Origin: an uncultured virus (IMG/VR IMGVR_UViG_3300007770_000006)
Taxonomy: Duplodnaviria > Heunggongvirae > Uroviricota > Caudoviricetes
Length of the DNA: 64,000 bases
Virus record (IMG/VR): IMGVR_UViG_3300007770_000006
Strand: one strand, 5' to 3'
Of the stretch, positions 19,691 through 28,674 are shown one piece after another. The notes beneath the pieces were generated by a model. The model was not told the origin of the DNA and did no database searches. It saw only the letters and a program-made list of their open reading frames with translations. The first letter of the stretch is position 1. Each line of letters begins with the position of its first letter. A program made the position numbers and the translations under genes.

Positions 19691-19963
19691 TTACCCGCCC
19701 CTTGTGAACGTCACACGCGCCCGCGGCCGCAGCTTGGACGCGACGCTTTCGGCGATCACGATGAAAGCCGCCGGCGCGTATCCGCGCAGCCGCAGCTCGT
19801 CGGGTTCATACATGCGCGCGAACCGCGGCAGATCTACGGCGAACGCGGCCGGGTCCGCGTGATCGTAGATCACAGCGGCGACACACCCACGCGGTAGCGG
19901 CTCGGGCACTACTTGACCGCGCCGCACGATCAGCAGCGCCCGCGCTCGCCGTCGACTCGACAT
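19691..19963 (-). CDS. Hypothetical protein
   Basis: ORF in operon. Confidence 0.5.
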   Translation of the reverse strand: MSSRRRARALLIVRRGQVVPEPLPRGCVAAVIYDHADPAAFAVDLPRFARMYEPDELRLRGYAPAAFIVIAESVASKLRPRARVTFTRGG

Positions 19964-19965
19964 CG

Positions 19966-20511
19966 TTAGAATCCGAGATCGGGATCGTAGTTTGAGTCCG
20001 CGCGCAGCGCTCGCGACCGCTTGTCACCCCCACGCGGGCTGTTGCCGCGCGGAACAGATCCGCACTGCACAGTATCGACGCGCGCGTCCAGATCGTCGAG
20101 CCAGCGCCACGCGCGCCGGCGCAGAACCGGGCACGTCGTGCGATGCTGCACGTCGTATTGGCTCAGCGCCGACCGGGCCGCCATGTTCCATGAGCCGAGC
20201 CAGAGTGCTCGATCCGCGATGATTACTTTCGCGTGGATGTTGCCGCCGGCGCGCAGAACGACCCGGCGCATCCACTCGGCGTCGAATCGGCGCAGACTCG
20301 TCGAGGTCGTGCCGTCTATGTAGATTCGAGCGCCGGCACGAACGCGCCGCGCCGCAGTCTCAAACTCAGACAGCAGCTCGGGACATGGCGGCAGAAAGCA
20401 CACGACAGCGAGTCGAGACTGCGCCGCGGCGAGGTCGGCGCGCAGCTCGTCGAGCATTCGCGCGCCGTCCTGCGGCAGCAGAAACGATCTATGCTCGGCG
20501 GTCGTCGACAC
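19966..20511 (-). CDS. Phospholipase D-family (single HKD) nuclease-like protein
   Basis: IHAKVIIADRALWLGSWNM. Confidence 0.75.
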   Translation of the reverse strand: MSTTAEHRSFLLPQDGARMLDELRADLAAAQSRLAVVCFLPPCPELLSEFETAARRVRAGARIYIDGTTSTSLRRFDAEWMRRVVLRAGGNIHAKVIIADRALWLGSWNMAARSALSQYDVQHRTTCPVLRRRAWRWLDDLDARVDTVQCGSVPRGNSPRGGDKRSRALRADSNYDPDLGF

Positions 20512-20872
20512 TCGCGGCCCGTAGCTGTTCGGTGAAATCGGTGAAATCAGGGCCGGGCAGAATGAACGCCGCGCCGTGCCCGGTCAGCTCTGCAACCAGC
20601 ATAGCTGGCCGAGTCTTCAGAACGTGCCACCGGGTGCGCTGCTCGGGCAGCCCGAGAGCCGCCGTCCATGCCGGGCTCGTCCAATGCGACGACCCGACGC
20701 GAGCGAGAACCCCGCGCAGCTCGGCTGGCACGTTCGGGTCGTTCGGGATCGCGATCCAGTCCGGCGACAGAGACGGATCGATGATCACAAGGTGTTCTGT
20801 CTCGCTCACTCCCGGTCGCGTCGCGCTCGCGACATCGCCCGCCCGTCTTTGCGTCCAAATCGTGCCCGCCAT
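20489..20872 (-). CDS. Hypothetical protein
   Basis: GGGAG RBS. Confidence 0.55.
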   Translation of the reverse strand: MAGTIWTQRRAGDVASATRPGVSETEHLVIIDPSLSPDWIAIPNDPNVPAELRGVLARVGSSHWTSPAWTAALGLPEQRTRWHVLKTRPAMLVAELTGHGAAFILPGPDFTDFTEQLRAASVDDRRA

Positions 20873-20927
20873 GTTCGACTCCCTGTGTCTCACCTTCGTG
20901 TAGGGCTAAGCGGCGCAGAGCGCACGA

Positions 20928-21584
20928 TCAGCCGTCAGATGCGGCCCGTTCGGCGGCATGATTGATCGCCCGACAGACCGTGTCTGTCGTGTTGTCCGTT
21001 CCGTAGTGCGCGGCCAGCTTCGCGGTGTTCGACTTGAACCCGGCGATCTGCTCTGCGCTCAGATACAGCTCCACGCGCTGAGCTTTCGCATCGGGCAGAT
21101 TCGCGCCGCTGGCTGCCGGGCCGGGTTCCTCCGCCGGATCAGGATCTGGGGCCGGCGTCGCGTCGAGCTGATCGATCAGTGTCGACAGCTCGTCGCCATC
21201 GAAGCCGAGCGATTCGGACCAGTCGCCCGTCGACTCAGAGAGCACGAGCGACAGATCCCGCAGGTGCCGAGCCAGCACTGCATCGTCCCAGCCCGCCAGC
21301 TCTGCGGAACGATTCAGCGTGATCGACAGCTTGCGCGCCTGCTGATCGGTCACGTCGAGCAGCGCCGCGTCCGCGCTCATCCATCCGAGTCTGCGCATCG
21401 CTTCGCGCCGACCGTTGCCGGCGATGATCATGCGCGTCGAGCGCTGCACGATCAGCGGCTCCACCTGTCCGTGTTCGCGCAGACTCGCGCAGATCGTGCG
21501 CAGGTTTCGCTCGTCGTGTGTGCGCGGGTTCGCCGGGTCTGCGATCAGCGTCGACAGCTCGACGCGCTCGATTTGTAGGCTCAT
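20928..21584 (-). CDS. ParB/Srx N-terminal domain protein
   Basis: DPANPRTHDERNLRTICASLREHGQVEPLIV...IIAGNGR...LNRSAELAGWD. Confidence 0.85.
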   Translation of the reverse strand: MSLQIERVELSTLIADPANPRTHDERNLRTICASLREHGQVEPLIVQRSTRMIIAGNGRREAMRRLGWMSADAALLDVTDQQARKLSITLNRSAELAGWDDAVLARHLRDLSLVLSESTGDWSESLGFDGDELSTLIDQLDATPAPDPDPAEEPGPAASGANLPDAKAQRVELYLSAEQIAGFKSNTAKLAAHYGTDNTTDTVCRAINHAAERAASDG

Positions 21585-21587
21585 GGG

Positions 21588-21866
21588 TCAGCTCCAGACA
21601 AGTGCTGCGAGCAGCAGACACGCGGCGAGCTGTGCTGCGAGCACGCCGGCGATCAGTCGCTCGCGAGCTTGAGCGGTCGCCCGCAGCGGTGGCGGCGGCG
21701 CGAGCAGCAGCAGCCACTCGGACGCGCCGTCTGCCCGGCGGCCGGGCGTATGAGCGGCGACCGTCCAGCCGTCGCGCAGCAGCGCCGACAGCTTTGGATC
21801 TGACGCCGACACCGCGGGATCGGTCATGTTCAGCGCGACGATCGCGCAGCGATCAGCGTCACCCAT
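21588..21866 (-). CDS. Small membrane protein
   Basis: C-terminal hydrophobic helix. Confidence 0.5.
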   Translation of the reverse strand: MGDADRCAIVALNMTDPAVSASDPKLSALLRDGWTVAAHTPGRRADGASEWLLLLAPPPPLRATAQARERLIAGVLAAQLAACLLLAALVWS

Positions 21867-22167
21867 CGTCGTCTTCCGGGTGGGTCGTGGGAATCGTGGG
21901 CCGCGCCCGCTTATCGGGCTGCACGTCGATCATAAGCTGGCAGAACCTCAGAACGCCATAGGCTCGGAAGAAACACAGCCGAGATAGTCTGCGTGTCGAC
22001 GTTCTCGCGTGTGTCTGCTCCTTCGAGCGAGCCCACGCGCGCTCTGTTCTCGACAGCTCGTGCGTGTCGACGCCGTGCAGAACATCGCCGACAGAGAGTC
22101 GCAGATCGCCCGGGCGGCCGCCGCCCATCTTGAACCGCATGGGCTCGATCACACGTAACGGCGTCAT
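21859..22167 (-). CDS. Hypothetical protein
   Basis: ATGA overlap. Confidence 0.5.
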   Translation of the reverse strand: MTPLRVIEPMRFKMGGGRPGDLRLSVGDVLHGVDTHELSRTERAWARSKEQTHARTSTRRLSRLCFFRAYGVLRFCQLMIDVQPDKRARPTIPTTHPEDDDG

Positions 22168-23027
22168 ACCGGAACGCCGAACACGTCGTCCAGATCTCCG
22201 TTTTTGCTCTCGCGAGCGATCGCGAGAGCGGACGCCCAGACCGCGGGCGAAAGCTCCCACGAGCCGCCGGCCGGACTCGCGGCGCTCTCGGCATATGCAA
22301 CGCCGAGAGCGGTCACGACATCGTGCCAGCTCGCAGATACGCCGGCGTCTGCGCAAGCGCTGCGGTAAGCGCTGATCATGACGCCCAGCGAGTCGTCGTC
22401 GGACATTGTGATCGAGATCACAGAGTCGACGGCGGGATCGACCGACACCGGCTCGGCGTCTTCCATCGTTTCGACGAATACCGCATCGCCGACGGCGGCA
22501 GACACGATCCCGGCGATGACACCCGAGCCGGTGTCGGTGACGATCAGACGACCGACGAGCTGAGCCGCGGCCGTTTGCGGCGCGGGCGCGTCTTGCGCGC
22601 CGCCGCTCGACGACAGCGTCAGCGAAACCGCCTCGTCCAGACTGTCCACGAGGCGGATCGCGGCATGACTCAGCAGCCCATGGACCCGCAGCCGCAGAAT
22701 CAGAACGGCGTCCTGCTTTGCGGCCCGGCAAGACACCGATCGGATCTCGGCGTGACCGGTCGCGATCGGCGCATCGTCGAGCGAGCGAAACGCGGCGCGC
22801 ACGATGTCGAATCCGCCGGTCGTCTTTGCCTCACCTTTCGACGACTCGCGCGCGTTGTATACCCGGCGAGCGCCGGGCACGAACGGGTCGATCAGCTCTG
22901 CGTCTGCGTCGCTGATCAGACTCAGCGCAAGCTCCAGATCCCACGAGATCCCAGCGCCGTCGCGGCGCGGGACGGCCTTCGTAAGCCGCATGTCGGCTGC
23001 GGTCGGCAGCTGCGATAGATTCAGCAT
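22164..23027 (-). CDS. Hypothetical protein
   Basis: 287 aa ORF with RBS. Confidence 0.65.
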   Translation of the reverse strand: MLNLSQLPTAADMRLTKAVPRRDGAGISWDLELALSLISDADAELIDPFVPGARRVYNARESSKGEAKTTGGFDIVRAAFRSLDDAPIATGHAEIRSVSCRAAKQDAVLILRLRVHGLLSHAAIRLVDSLDEAVSLTLSSSGGAQDAPAPQTAAAQLVGRLIVTDTGSGVIAGIVSAAVGDAVFVETMEDAEPVSVDPAVDSVISITMSDDDSLGVMISAYRSACADAGVSASWHDVVTALGVAYAESAASPAGGSWELSPAVWASALAIARESKNGDLDDVFGVPV

Positions 23028-23063
23028 TTGACGCCCCCTGCGTCTGTGTATGACCGCGCGCGA

Positions 23064-23762
23064 CTATTCGCACACACGAGCGCCGATCAGACGCTGAATC
23101 ATGCTCGACGACCAGTCGCCGCCCGTTCGCGTTCGGTGCCCCTCGGCCGCGATCCGCTCGGCGACCCGGCGCAGACTCAGACCCGACGACCGCAGCTCGC
23201 GCGCTCTTAGAACGGCCCGGCGCTCGGGCTCGCTCGGCCGCAGCTCGCCGCCGTCGATTCGCCACCCGTACGGCGCGCGGCCGCCCGTGTATTCGTTCCG
23301 CTCTCGCTTGTGCTGTAGAGCTGCCCGGGTGCGTTCTGCGGTCGTTTCGCGCTCCCACTGTGCAACGCTTATCAGCACGTTCAGAACGAGCCGCCCGCCG
23401 GCGCTGCGTGTGTCGACTTGCTCGGCGACGCACAGCAGCGCTAGCCCGTCTGCGCGGGCAAAGTATCGGTCCAGCAGTGAGCCGAGATCGCGAACACTGC
23501 GGGTCAATCTGTCGAGCTTCGCGACGAGCAGCCCGCGGGCCGCTCCACTATCGAGCATCGCGAGCGCCCGACGCAGACCGGGACGATTCAGCGTCTTGCC
23601 GCTGACGCCCGGATCGCTGATCGTTTCGACGATGCGCAGACCGTACAGCGCAGCATATAGTCGCAGCCGTTCTCGCTGCTGTGCGAGCGAGACACCGTCG
23701 CGCGCTTGCGCGTCTGTGCTGACGCGCAGATAGCCGACAACCGGAACGAGATCACCGGACAT
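23064..23762 (-). CDS. Serine recombinase/resolvase
   Basis: GYLRVSTDAQ...SLAQQ, DPGVSGK, RPGL, KLDRLTRS, GGRAPYGW. Confidence 0.92.
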   Translation of the reverse strand: MSGDLVPVVGYLRVSTDAQARDGVSLAQQRERLRLYAALYGLRIVETISDPGVSGKTLNRPGLRRALAMLDSGAARGLLVAKLDRLTRSVRDLGSLLDRYFARADGLALLCVAEQVDTRSAGGRLVLNVLISVAQWERETTAERTRAALQHKRERNEYTGGRAPYGWRIDGGELRPSEPERRAVLRARELRSSGLSLRRVAERIAAEGHRTRTGGDWSSSMIQRLIGARVCE

Positions 23763-23982
23763 CGCGGATCGGCCGGCGCTGTTCGGTCTGCTGCGGCACG
23801 CTGTCGATACGGGCGCTGTGTTCGATTGCGAGCGCCCGAAGGGCCAGCGCCCACATAACGACGAGAGCGCCGACGAGCACAGCGCCGAGAGCCGCATCGC
23901 GGACGAGACTGAGCCACGCATTTCGGGCGCGTCGGCGCTGATCGTCGAGTCTGTGCTCCTCGATCTGATCACGTCTGGACAT
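23752..23982 (-). CDS. Small membrane protein
   Basis: One TM segment. Confidence 0.5.
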   Translation of the reverse strand: MSRRDQIEEHRLDDQRRRARNAWLSLVRDAALGAVLVGALVVMWALALRALAIEHSARIDSVPQQTEQRRPIRDVR

Positions 23983-26014
23983 GAAACCCCCCAGAGCCGC
24001 CGCTGCGGCCCATCGGTGTTGCTTCCCATGAGTCGGCATATACGCACGCCTCGGGATCGTAATACAAGACAACGCGCGCGCCCTGACAGCCGAATTCGGA
24101 TCGCACCTTGTCGCAGTAGATCGCTGCGGCCGGGTGTTTCACGAGCTTGCCCGGCAGCAGCCGCTCGACGACGAGCCCGGCATGGGCGTCCTGTCTGATC
24201 GCGCTCGCCCCCTTCAGATCGCCGAGTCTTACGCGGCGCTGCTGCACGATCGATAGATTGTTCGGGTGACAGATTAGCAGGATCGTGATCCCGCGCTGAA
24301 CGGCGAACACTGCGAGATCGCGGACGGCATCTTCGATCGCGCGCCGCTCGTCGGGCGCGCCGCGAACGAGAAAGCCGAGGTGGTCGATGACCGCCAGTCG
24401 AACGTTCAATCGACGTACCGAATAGTCGAGAGCTTGGCGCATCTGTTCGGTGTTCAGCTCGCCGTAATGATCGAGCAGATGGATCGGTAGCTGGCCGAGC
24501 GCGCGCATTCCGGCGCGTCTGCTGTTCTCGCTAAACTGCGTAAAGTCCCCGCCGAGCTGCGCCCGCAGCAGCTTTTGAACGGTTCCGATCGGGCGCTGCT
24601 CAAACGACGTTAGCAGCACCGGAACGCCGCGCAGCGCCTGCTCTAAGCCGAGCCACGTCGTAAGACTTGTCTTCCCTGCTGCCGTGTCGCCGGTCACGAC
24701 GACGAGCCCGGGTGCCCAGCCGCCGATCCCCTCGTCGAGTCGACCACTGCCGGTCGTAACGCCGCGCAGATCGCCCGGGCTCGCGATCATGCGCTCCAGC
24801 TCGTCTGCGTAGTTGTCGACTCGCGAGAGCTTCAGACTCAGAAACGGCGACGCAGCGTCGAGAGCGGCCCGGATCGCGGCTTGCGACACACACTGGCGCA
24901 GACACTCGGACGCATCTTCGCACGGCAGCACAGCCCGAGAGCAGCGCTCCAGCCCCAGCGATTTCGCTACGCGCTCAGCGCCGACGCGCCCCTTCTCGTC
25001 GTCGTCGTATGCGAGCATGAAGTGCCGATACGGCTCGATTGCGTCGAGCCACGACGCGGCCCACGTCCCCGCGCCCGCGGTGCCCGATACGACGTTTGAC
25101 CGTAGCCCGTACTGCCAGAGCGCAATCACGTCCAGCTCGCCCTCGACGATCACGATCTCACTGTCTGCATCGCCGTCGAGCTGATGAACGCCGAACAGCG
25201 TGGACGCTTGACCCTTGCAGCGCAGATAGACTTTACGAACCTCGCCGCTACCACGGCAACCTCGGCAGCCGTCACGCCCAGCACCGGCGCAGACGAGACA
25301 CGGTCCCGGCACGCTGCGGAACCGCATACCGATCACCGTTCCGTCCCGTCTCTGCACGGGGATCGCGACGAATTCGCTAATCTTCTGACCGCCGCGGCGA
25401 ACGATCAGCGCACCGATCTGCCAGTGCTTTAGCGTTTCGTCTCTGAATCCGCGCCCGTTCAGATAGGCGAGCACTCGCGCGCCGTCATCCGTCCACAGCT
25501 CGGCCGCACACTCTGCGGGCAGCTCGGCGCGCCAGTCGAGCGGACCCGAGCCCGTCGCGGGCGGCTCGGGCGGCGCTGTCGGGCTTTCGTTGACGGGCCG
25601 CACAGACCAGCCGCGAGCAGCGGCAGCAGCGGGTGGCGGCCCGCTGACGGGCGCGGTTCGGCCCGCTGACGGGTTGACGACGAACCCGCCCGAGCTGTCG
25701 TCGCACCAGCCCGCGCCGGCGGCCCGGCGACGCAGCTCGGCCCGCTGACTCGGCGACAGATCGCGAACGCGCGCGCCATACCAGCCGATCGCTGCGATAT
25801 CGGCAGCATCGCCGCGGGCGTCGCACTTGAAACACTGCCACCCGCGCCCGTCAGCGCGAACACCGATCGGCCCGCGCTTGTCGCCGCTGCCGCGTTGCGT
25901 CGCCGAGCACAGTCCGCACGGGCCGAGCGAGCGAGCCCGGCCGGGCTTCAGCCCGACAGCTGCAGCGACGGTCGGAACCGTCGCGGCCTGCGTCAGTATG
26001 TCGATCCACCCCAT
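23969..26014 (-). CDS. Bifunctional primase-helicase (T7 gp4/Twinkle-like)
   Basis: N-terminal Zn motif, TOPRIM IVEGELD...AYDDDEKG, Walker A GDTAAGKT, VIDHLG, LKGASAIRQDA. Confidence 0.9.
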   Translation of the reverse strand: MGWIDILTQAATVPTVAAAVGLKPGRARSLGPCGLCSATQRGSGDKRGPIGVRADGRGWQCFKCDARGDAADIAAIGWYGARVRDLSPSQRAELRRRAAGAGWCDDSSGGFVVNPSAGRTAPVSGPPPAAAAARGWSVRPVNESPTAPPEPPATGSGPLDWRAELPAECAAELWTDDGARVLAYLNGRGFRDETLKHWQIGALIVRRGGQKISEFVAIPVQRRDGTVIGMRFRSVPGPCLVCAGAGRDGCRGCRGSGEVRKVYLRCKGQASTLFGVHQLDGDADSEIVIVEGELDVIALWQYGLRSNVVSGTAGAGTWAASWLDAIEPYRHFMLAYDDDEKGRVGAERVAKSLGLERCSRAVLPCEDASECLRQCVSQAAIRAALDAASPFLSLKLSRVDNYADELERMIASPGDLRGVTTGSGRLDEGIGGWAPGLVVVTGDTAAGKTSLTTWLGLEQALRGVPVLLTSFEQRPIGTVQKLLRAQLGGDFTQFSENSRRAGMRALGQLPIHLLDHYGELNTEQMRQALDYSVRRLNVRLAVIDHLGFLVRGAPDERRAIEDAVRDLAVFAVQRGITILLICHPNNLSIVQQRRVRLGDLKGASAIRQDAHAGLVVERLLPGKLVKHPAAAIYCDKVRSEFGCQGARVVLYYDPEACVYADSWEATPMGRSGGSGGFHVQT

Positions 26015-26017
26015 GCT

Positions 26018-27160
26018 CTACCTCTCTCTGCAGACGAGACAGCCGGCCCGATCGCCGGTTCGTCGACACGATGGGCACCCGTCCGCGAAATCGTTCGGGT
26101 TGCGCAGACGGTACAGATTATTGCCGTCAGGATCTCGCGTTGCGACGTACACGTCCGCGCCGATCCCGCGCAGCTCGGACACGCGGCCCGTGTACTTTAG
26201 TGCGATCGCGGCCAGCTCGGACGTGTATACGCCCCGATCGCCGCGGGCGATGAACAGACGCAGCATTTGCCGGCACTGTCTAGACAGTCGCGCCGGCCGC
26301 GGGTTGGGCGTGCTCGTCGTGCCGCGGCGTCGATACGCGGCCATCGGGCCGAGATCGTTACCGTCGCCGCTTCGTGATGACTCGACGGCAGCGGCCGACC
26401 ATGCGAGCGCAGACTGCACTCGGCCGGCGAGCTTGCCGACTCGCAGCAGATTATCCAGCCCGAGATACGTTCGACCCCGCCCATTCGGGCCGCCCCGCCA
26501 GAACAGCGGCCCGGGCTCGTCTGCCTCGTATGCGTACCGAATCAGCGCTATAAGGTGCTCGGGCGGCGACTCAAGCACCGCAGACTCGATCTGGCGCTTT
26601 GCGCCCGCGCCGAGCCTGCACGCCGCCGGCCGCTGCTGCCGGTCGCGCCACGCAGCCCAGACCGCCGTAACGTCGGTCGCGGCGACGGCTGATCCGGCCG
26701 CCGCTCGGGTTCGACCCCATGCACGCGGGCAAGCACTCCGAGCCTCGCTCTGCTCGGGCTGCCGGCCCCAGAGCCTGAACAGTGCGCCCGTTACTGCGTC
26801 ACGTGGTGGCGCGGGTCGCGATGTGTCTCGCTTCCGCGAGTCTGCGCCACGAGTCGGCAGATACGACGCGACGTGCGGCAACCAGCACCAGTGCGATCCG
26901 CCGTCTGAATAGAGCGCGAGCAGCCCGCCCGCCTCGGCGCGTCGGATCAGCTCGACTATCTCTCGGCGACGAATCGCCAGCGAGCGCTCGTCGAGCGTCG
27001 GCGCTTGACTCGGCGGGTACAGCACCGGAACGAGAGCGGCAGAGTCGACGGGCGCGATCCCGTCTTTGTCTGCCACGCTCATTAGCCACAAGTGAAGAAG
27101 CCGAACAGCGGGCGCGCATTCAAGCCCCCACCATTCCGCGGGAACCCGCAGAGCCTGCAT
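26018..27160 (-). CDS. Putative replication initiator/replisome organiser-like protein
   Basis: LWLMSVADKDG N-terminus, C-terminal HTH-like segment, position upstream of primase-helicase. Confidence 0.5.
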   Translation of the reverse strand: MQALRVPAEWWGLECAPAVRLLHLWLMSVADKDGIAPVDSAALVPVLYPPSQAPTLDERSLAIRRREIVELIRRAEAGGLLALYSDGGSHWCWLPHVASYLPTRGADSRKRDTSRPAPPRDAVTGALFRLWGRQPEQSEARSACPRAWGRTRAAAGSAVAATDVTAVWAAWRDRQQRPAACRLGAGAKRQIESAVLESPPEHLIALIRYAYEADEPGPLFWRGGPNGRGRTYLGLDNLLRVGKLAGRVQSALAWSAAAVESSRSGDGNDLGPMAAYRRRGTTSTPNPRPARLSRQCRQMLRLFIARGDRGVYTSELAAIALKYTGRVSELRGIGADVYVATRDPDGNNLYRLRNPNDFADGCPSCRRTGDRAGCLVCRER

Positions 27161-27248
27161 GTTTGATCCGTGTGTGACGTTGCCGCGACGAGCGCGGCGA
27201 TCATGAGTAGGGCGCTCGTCGCGGGTTCGCACACGCCGCGATCACGGC

Positions 27249-27818
27249 TTAGAACGGGATGTCATCCTCGCCGTAGTTGGGGCGCTGGTCGGTGTTTTGG
27301 CGCTGGCCGCCGCCGCTGTTGCGTCGCTGACTGCTGCCGCCCGACTTGCGCGACCGCCAGTCGCGATACCACGACTGCGCGTCCTCGGCGGTCTTGCGCA
27401 TATCGTCGGACAGCTCGCCAGAGTATGCGCTGAATGCGCCGATCTCGGGCCGCATCCCGTCGCCGCTCCACTTGGGCTCGACGGTGATTTCCGCAGACAC
27501 GGGGCGGCGACTCAGCACGTCGAACGACTCTCGCGCATCCTCGGCGTCCCAGGAGCTGCGCTGCTGCACGGCCCTCGACACCTGCTGCAGCTTCCACGCT
27601 GCGCTCTGCGTCAGCGTGAAATTGCAGAACGCGAGCGCGCCGACATCGACGCCGCCGTCCGGGTCGTACACACACACCCAGCACGCATCGATCTTCGCGT
27701 TCCCCGCCTGAGACGTGCCGTGGGAAAGCCCGGCCAGAACGAGAATCTTGCGCCCGGCGCGCATGTCGGGGCGGCGGTTTCCGCCCTCGTAGTCGTCGGG
27801 GTTGACGGTGAAGCCCAT
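27249..27818 (-). CDS. ssDNA-binding protein (DUF669-like)
   Basis: GTSQAGNAKI, acidic DDIPF C-terminal tip; next to Sak4. Confidence 0.75.
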   Translation of the reverse strand: MGFTVNPDDYEGGNRRPDMRAGRKILVLAGLSHGTSQAGNAKIDACWVCVYDPDGGVDVGALAFCNFTLTQSAAWKLQQVSRAVQQRSSWDAEDARESFDVLSRRPVSAEITVEPKWSGDGMRPEIGAFSAYSGELSDDMRKTAEDAQSWYRDWRSRKSGGSSQRRNSGGGQRQNTDQRPNYGEDDIPF

Positions 27819-27921
27819 AGTTTGCCTCCTGTGTTCGGTGGCGTGTTGAGTCTGCGCGATCGGGCAGATCGCGAAGACTGTTCAGACCGGCGGGCACAGT
27901 CTGCCCGCCGGCGGTGTTCGG

Positions 27922-28674
27922 TCAGCCCGCGAGCTTCGCGAGCCAGTCGGTGACGTTCGGATCTTCGATTGCGTCGAGCCCGGGGAGCGCCTTGCAGAGC
28001 ACGGCGTCCGGCCCTTCGAGCATCACTCGCCGAATCGTGACCGGCCTGGCGTCGTCGCTCTCGCCGACGACCTCGCGGGTTCGATACTGATAGCCGACCA
28101 TCGAGAAGTAGCCCGCGATCTCGTTCGGCAGCGAGCGACCCTGAAACGACGGGAGAACGCGGCGATCGCCGCCATCGTCGTTCGTCTCGACGCTTGCGTG
28201 CGTGATCGCGATCAGATGAAACGGCAGATCGCGGAAAGCCCGCACCAGCCCGCGCATCTTGTCGGTCAGAATCCCCCAATCCTGAAGCGTGAACCGTTCG
28301 GCCTTCGGGTTGCGCGCCTGCGGCTTCGAGCGCATGATCTCGTCGCGGATCATGCGCTGGATCTCGTTCAGCGAGTCGACCACGATCGTCTTGCACCCGG
28401 TCTGCTGCGCCAGCTCGCCCGACATCGCAGCCCGCAGAAACTGCCGGATCGTGTCCATGCCGCCGTTCGCCTCGTCGGCCTGCACGACGAGAGCGTTCGG
28501 GTTCGCGGCGCGAATCGTTGGCAGCCCGTTGGGTTCGGTCAGCAGAAAGCACGGCGCGGGCGCTGTGCTGGCGGTGTGAGTCTTGCCCGCGCCGCTGTGC
28601 CCGTACAGCAGTAGCTTGATCAGGATCGAGTCTGCGCCGAGATCCCCGACGCGCGACCATTGTAGAACGCTCAT
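27922..28674 (-). CDS. Sak4-like AAA_24 ssDNA-annealing ATPase
   Basis: LLYGHSGAGKT, TIVVDSL, LQDWG, LIAITHA. Confidence 0.85.
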   Translation of the reverse strand: MSVLQWSRVGDLGADSILIKLLLYGHSGAGKTHTASTAPAPCFLLTEPNGLPTIRAANPNALVVQADEANGGMDTIRQFLRAAMSGELAQQTGCKTIVVDSLNEIQRMIRDEIMRSKPQARNPKAERFTLQDWGILTDKMRGLVRAFRDLPFHLIAITHASVETNDDGGDRRVLPSFQGRSLPNEIAGYFSMVGYQYRTREVVGESDDARPVTIRRVMLEGPDAVLCKALPGLDAIEDPNVTDWLAKLAG

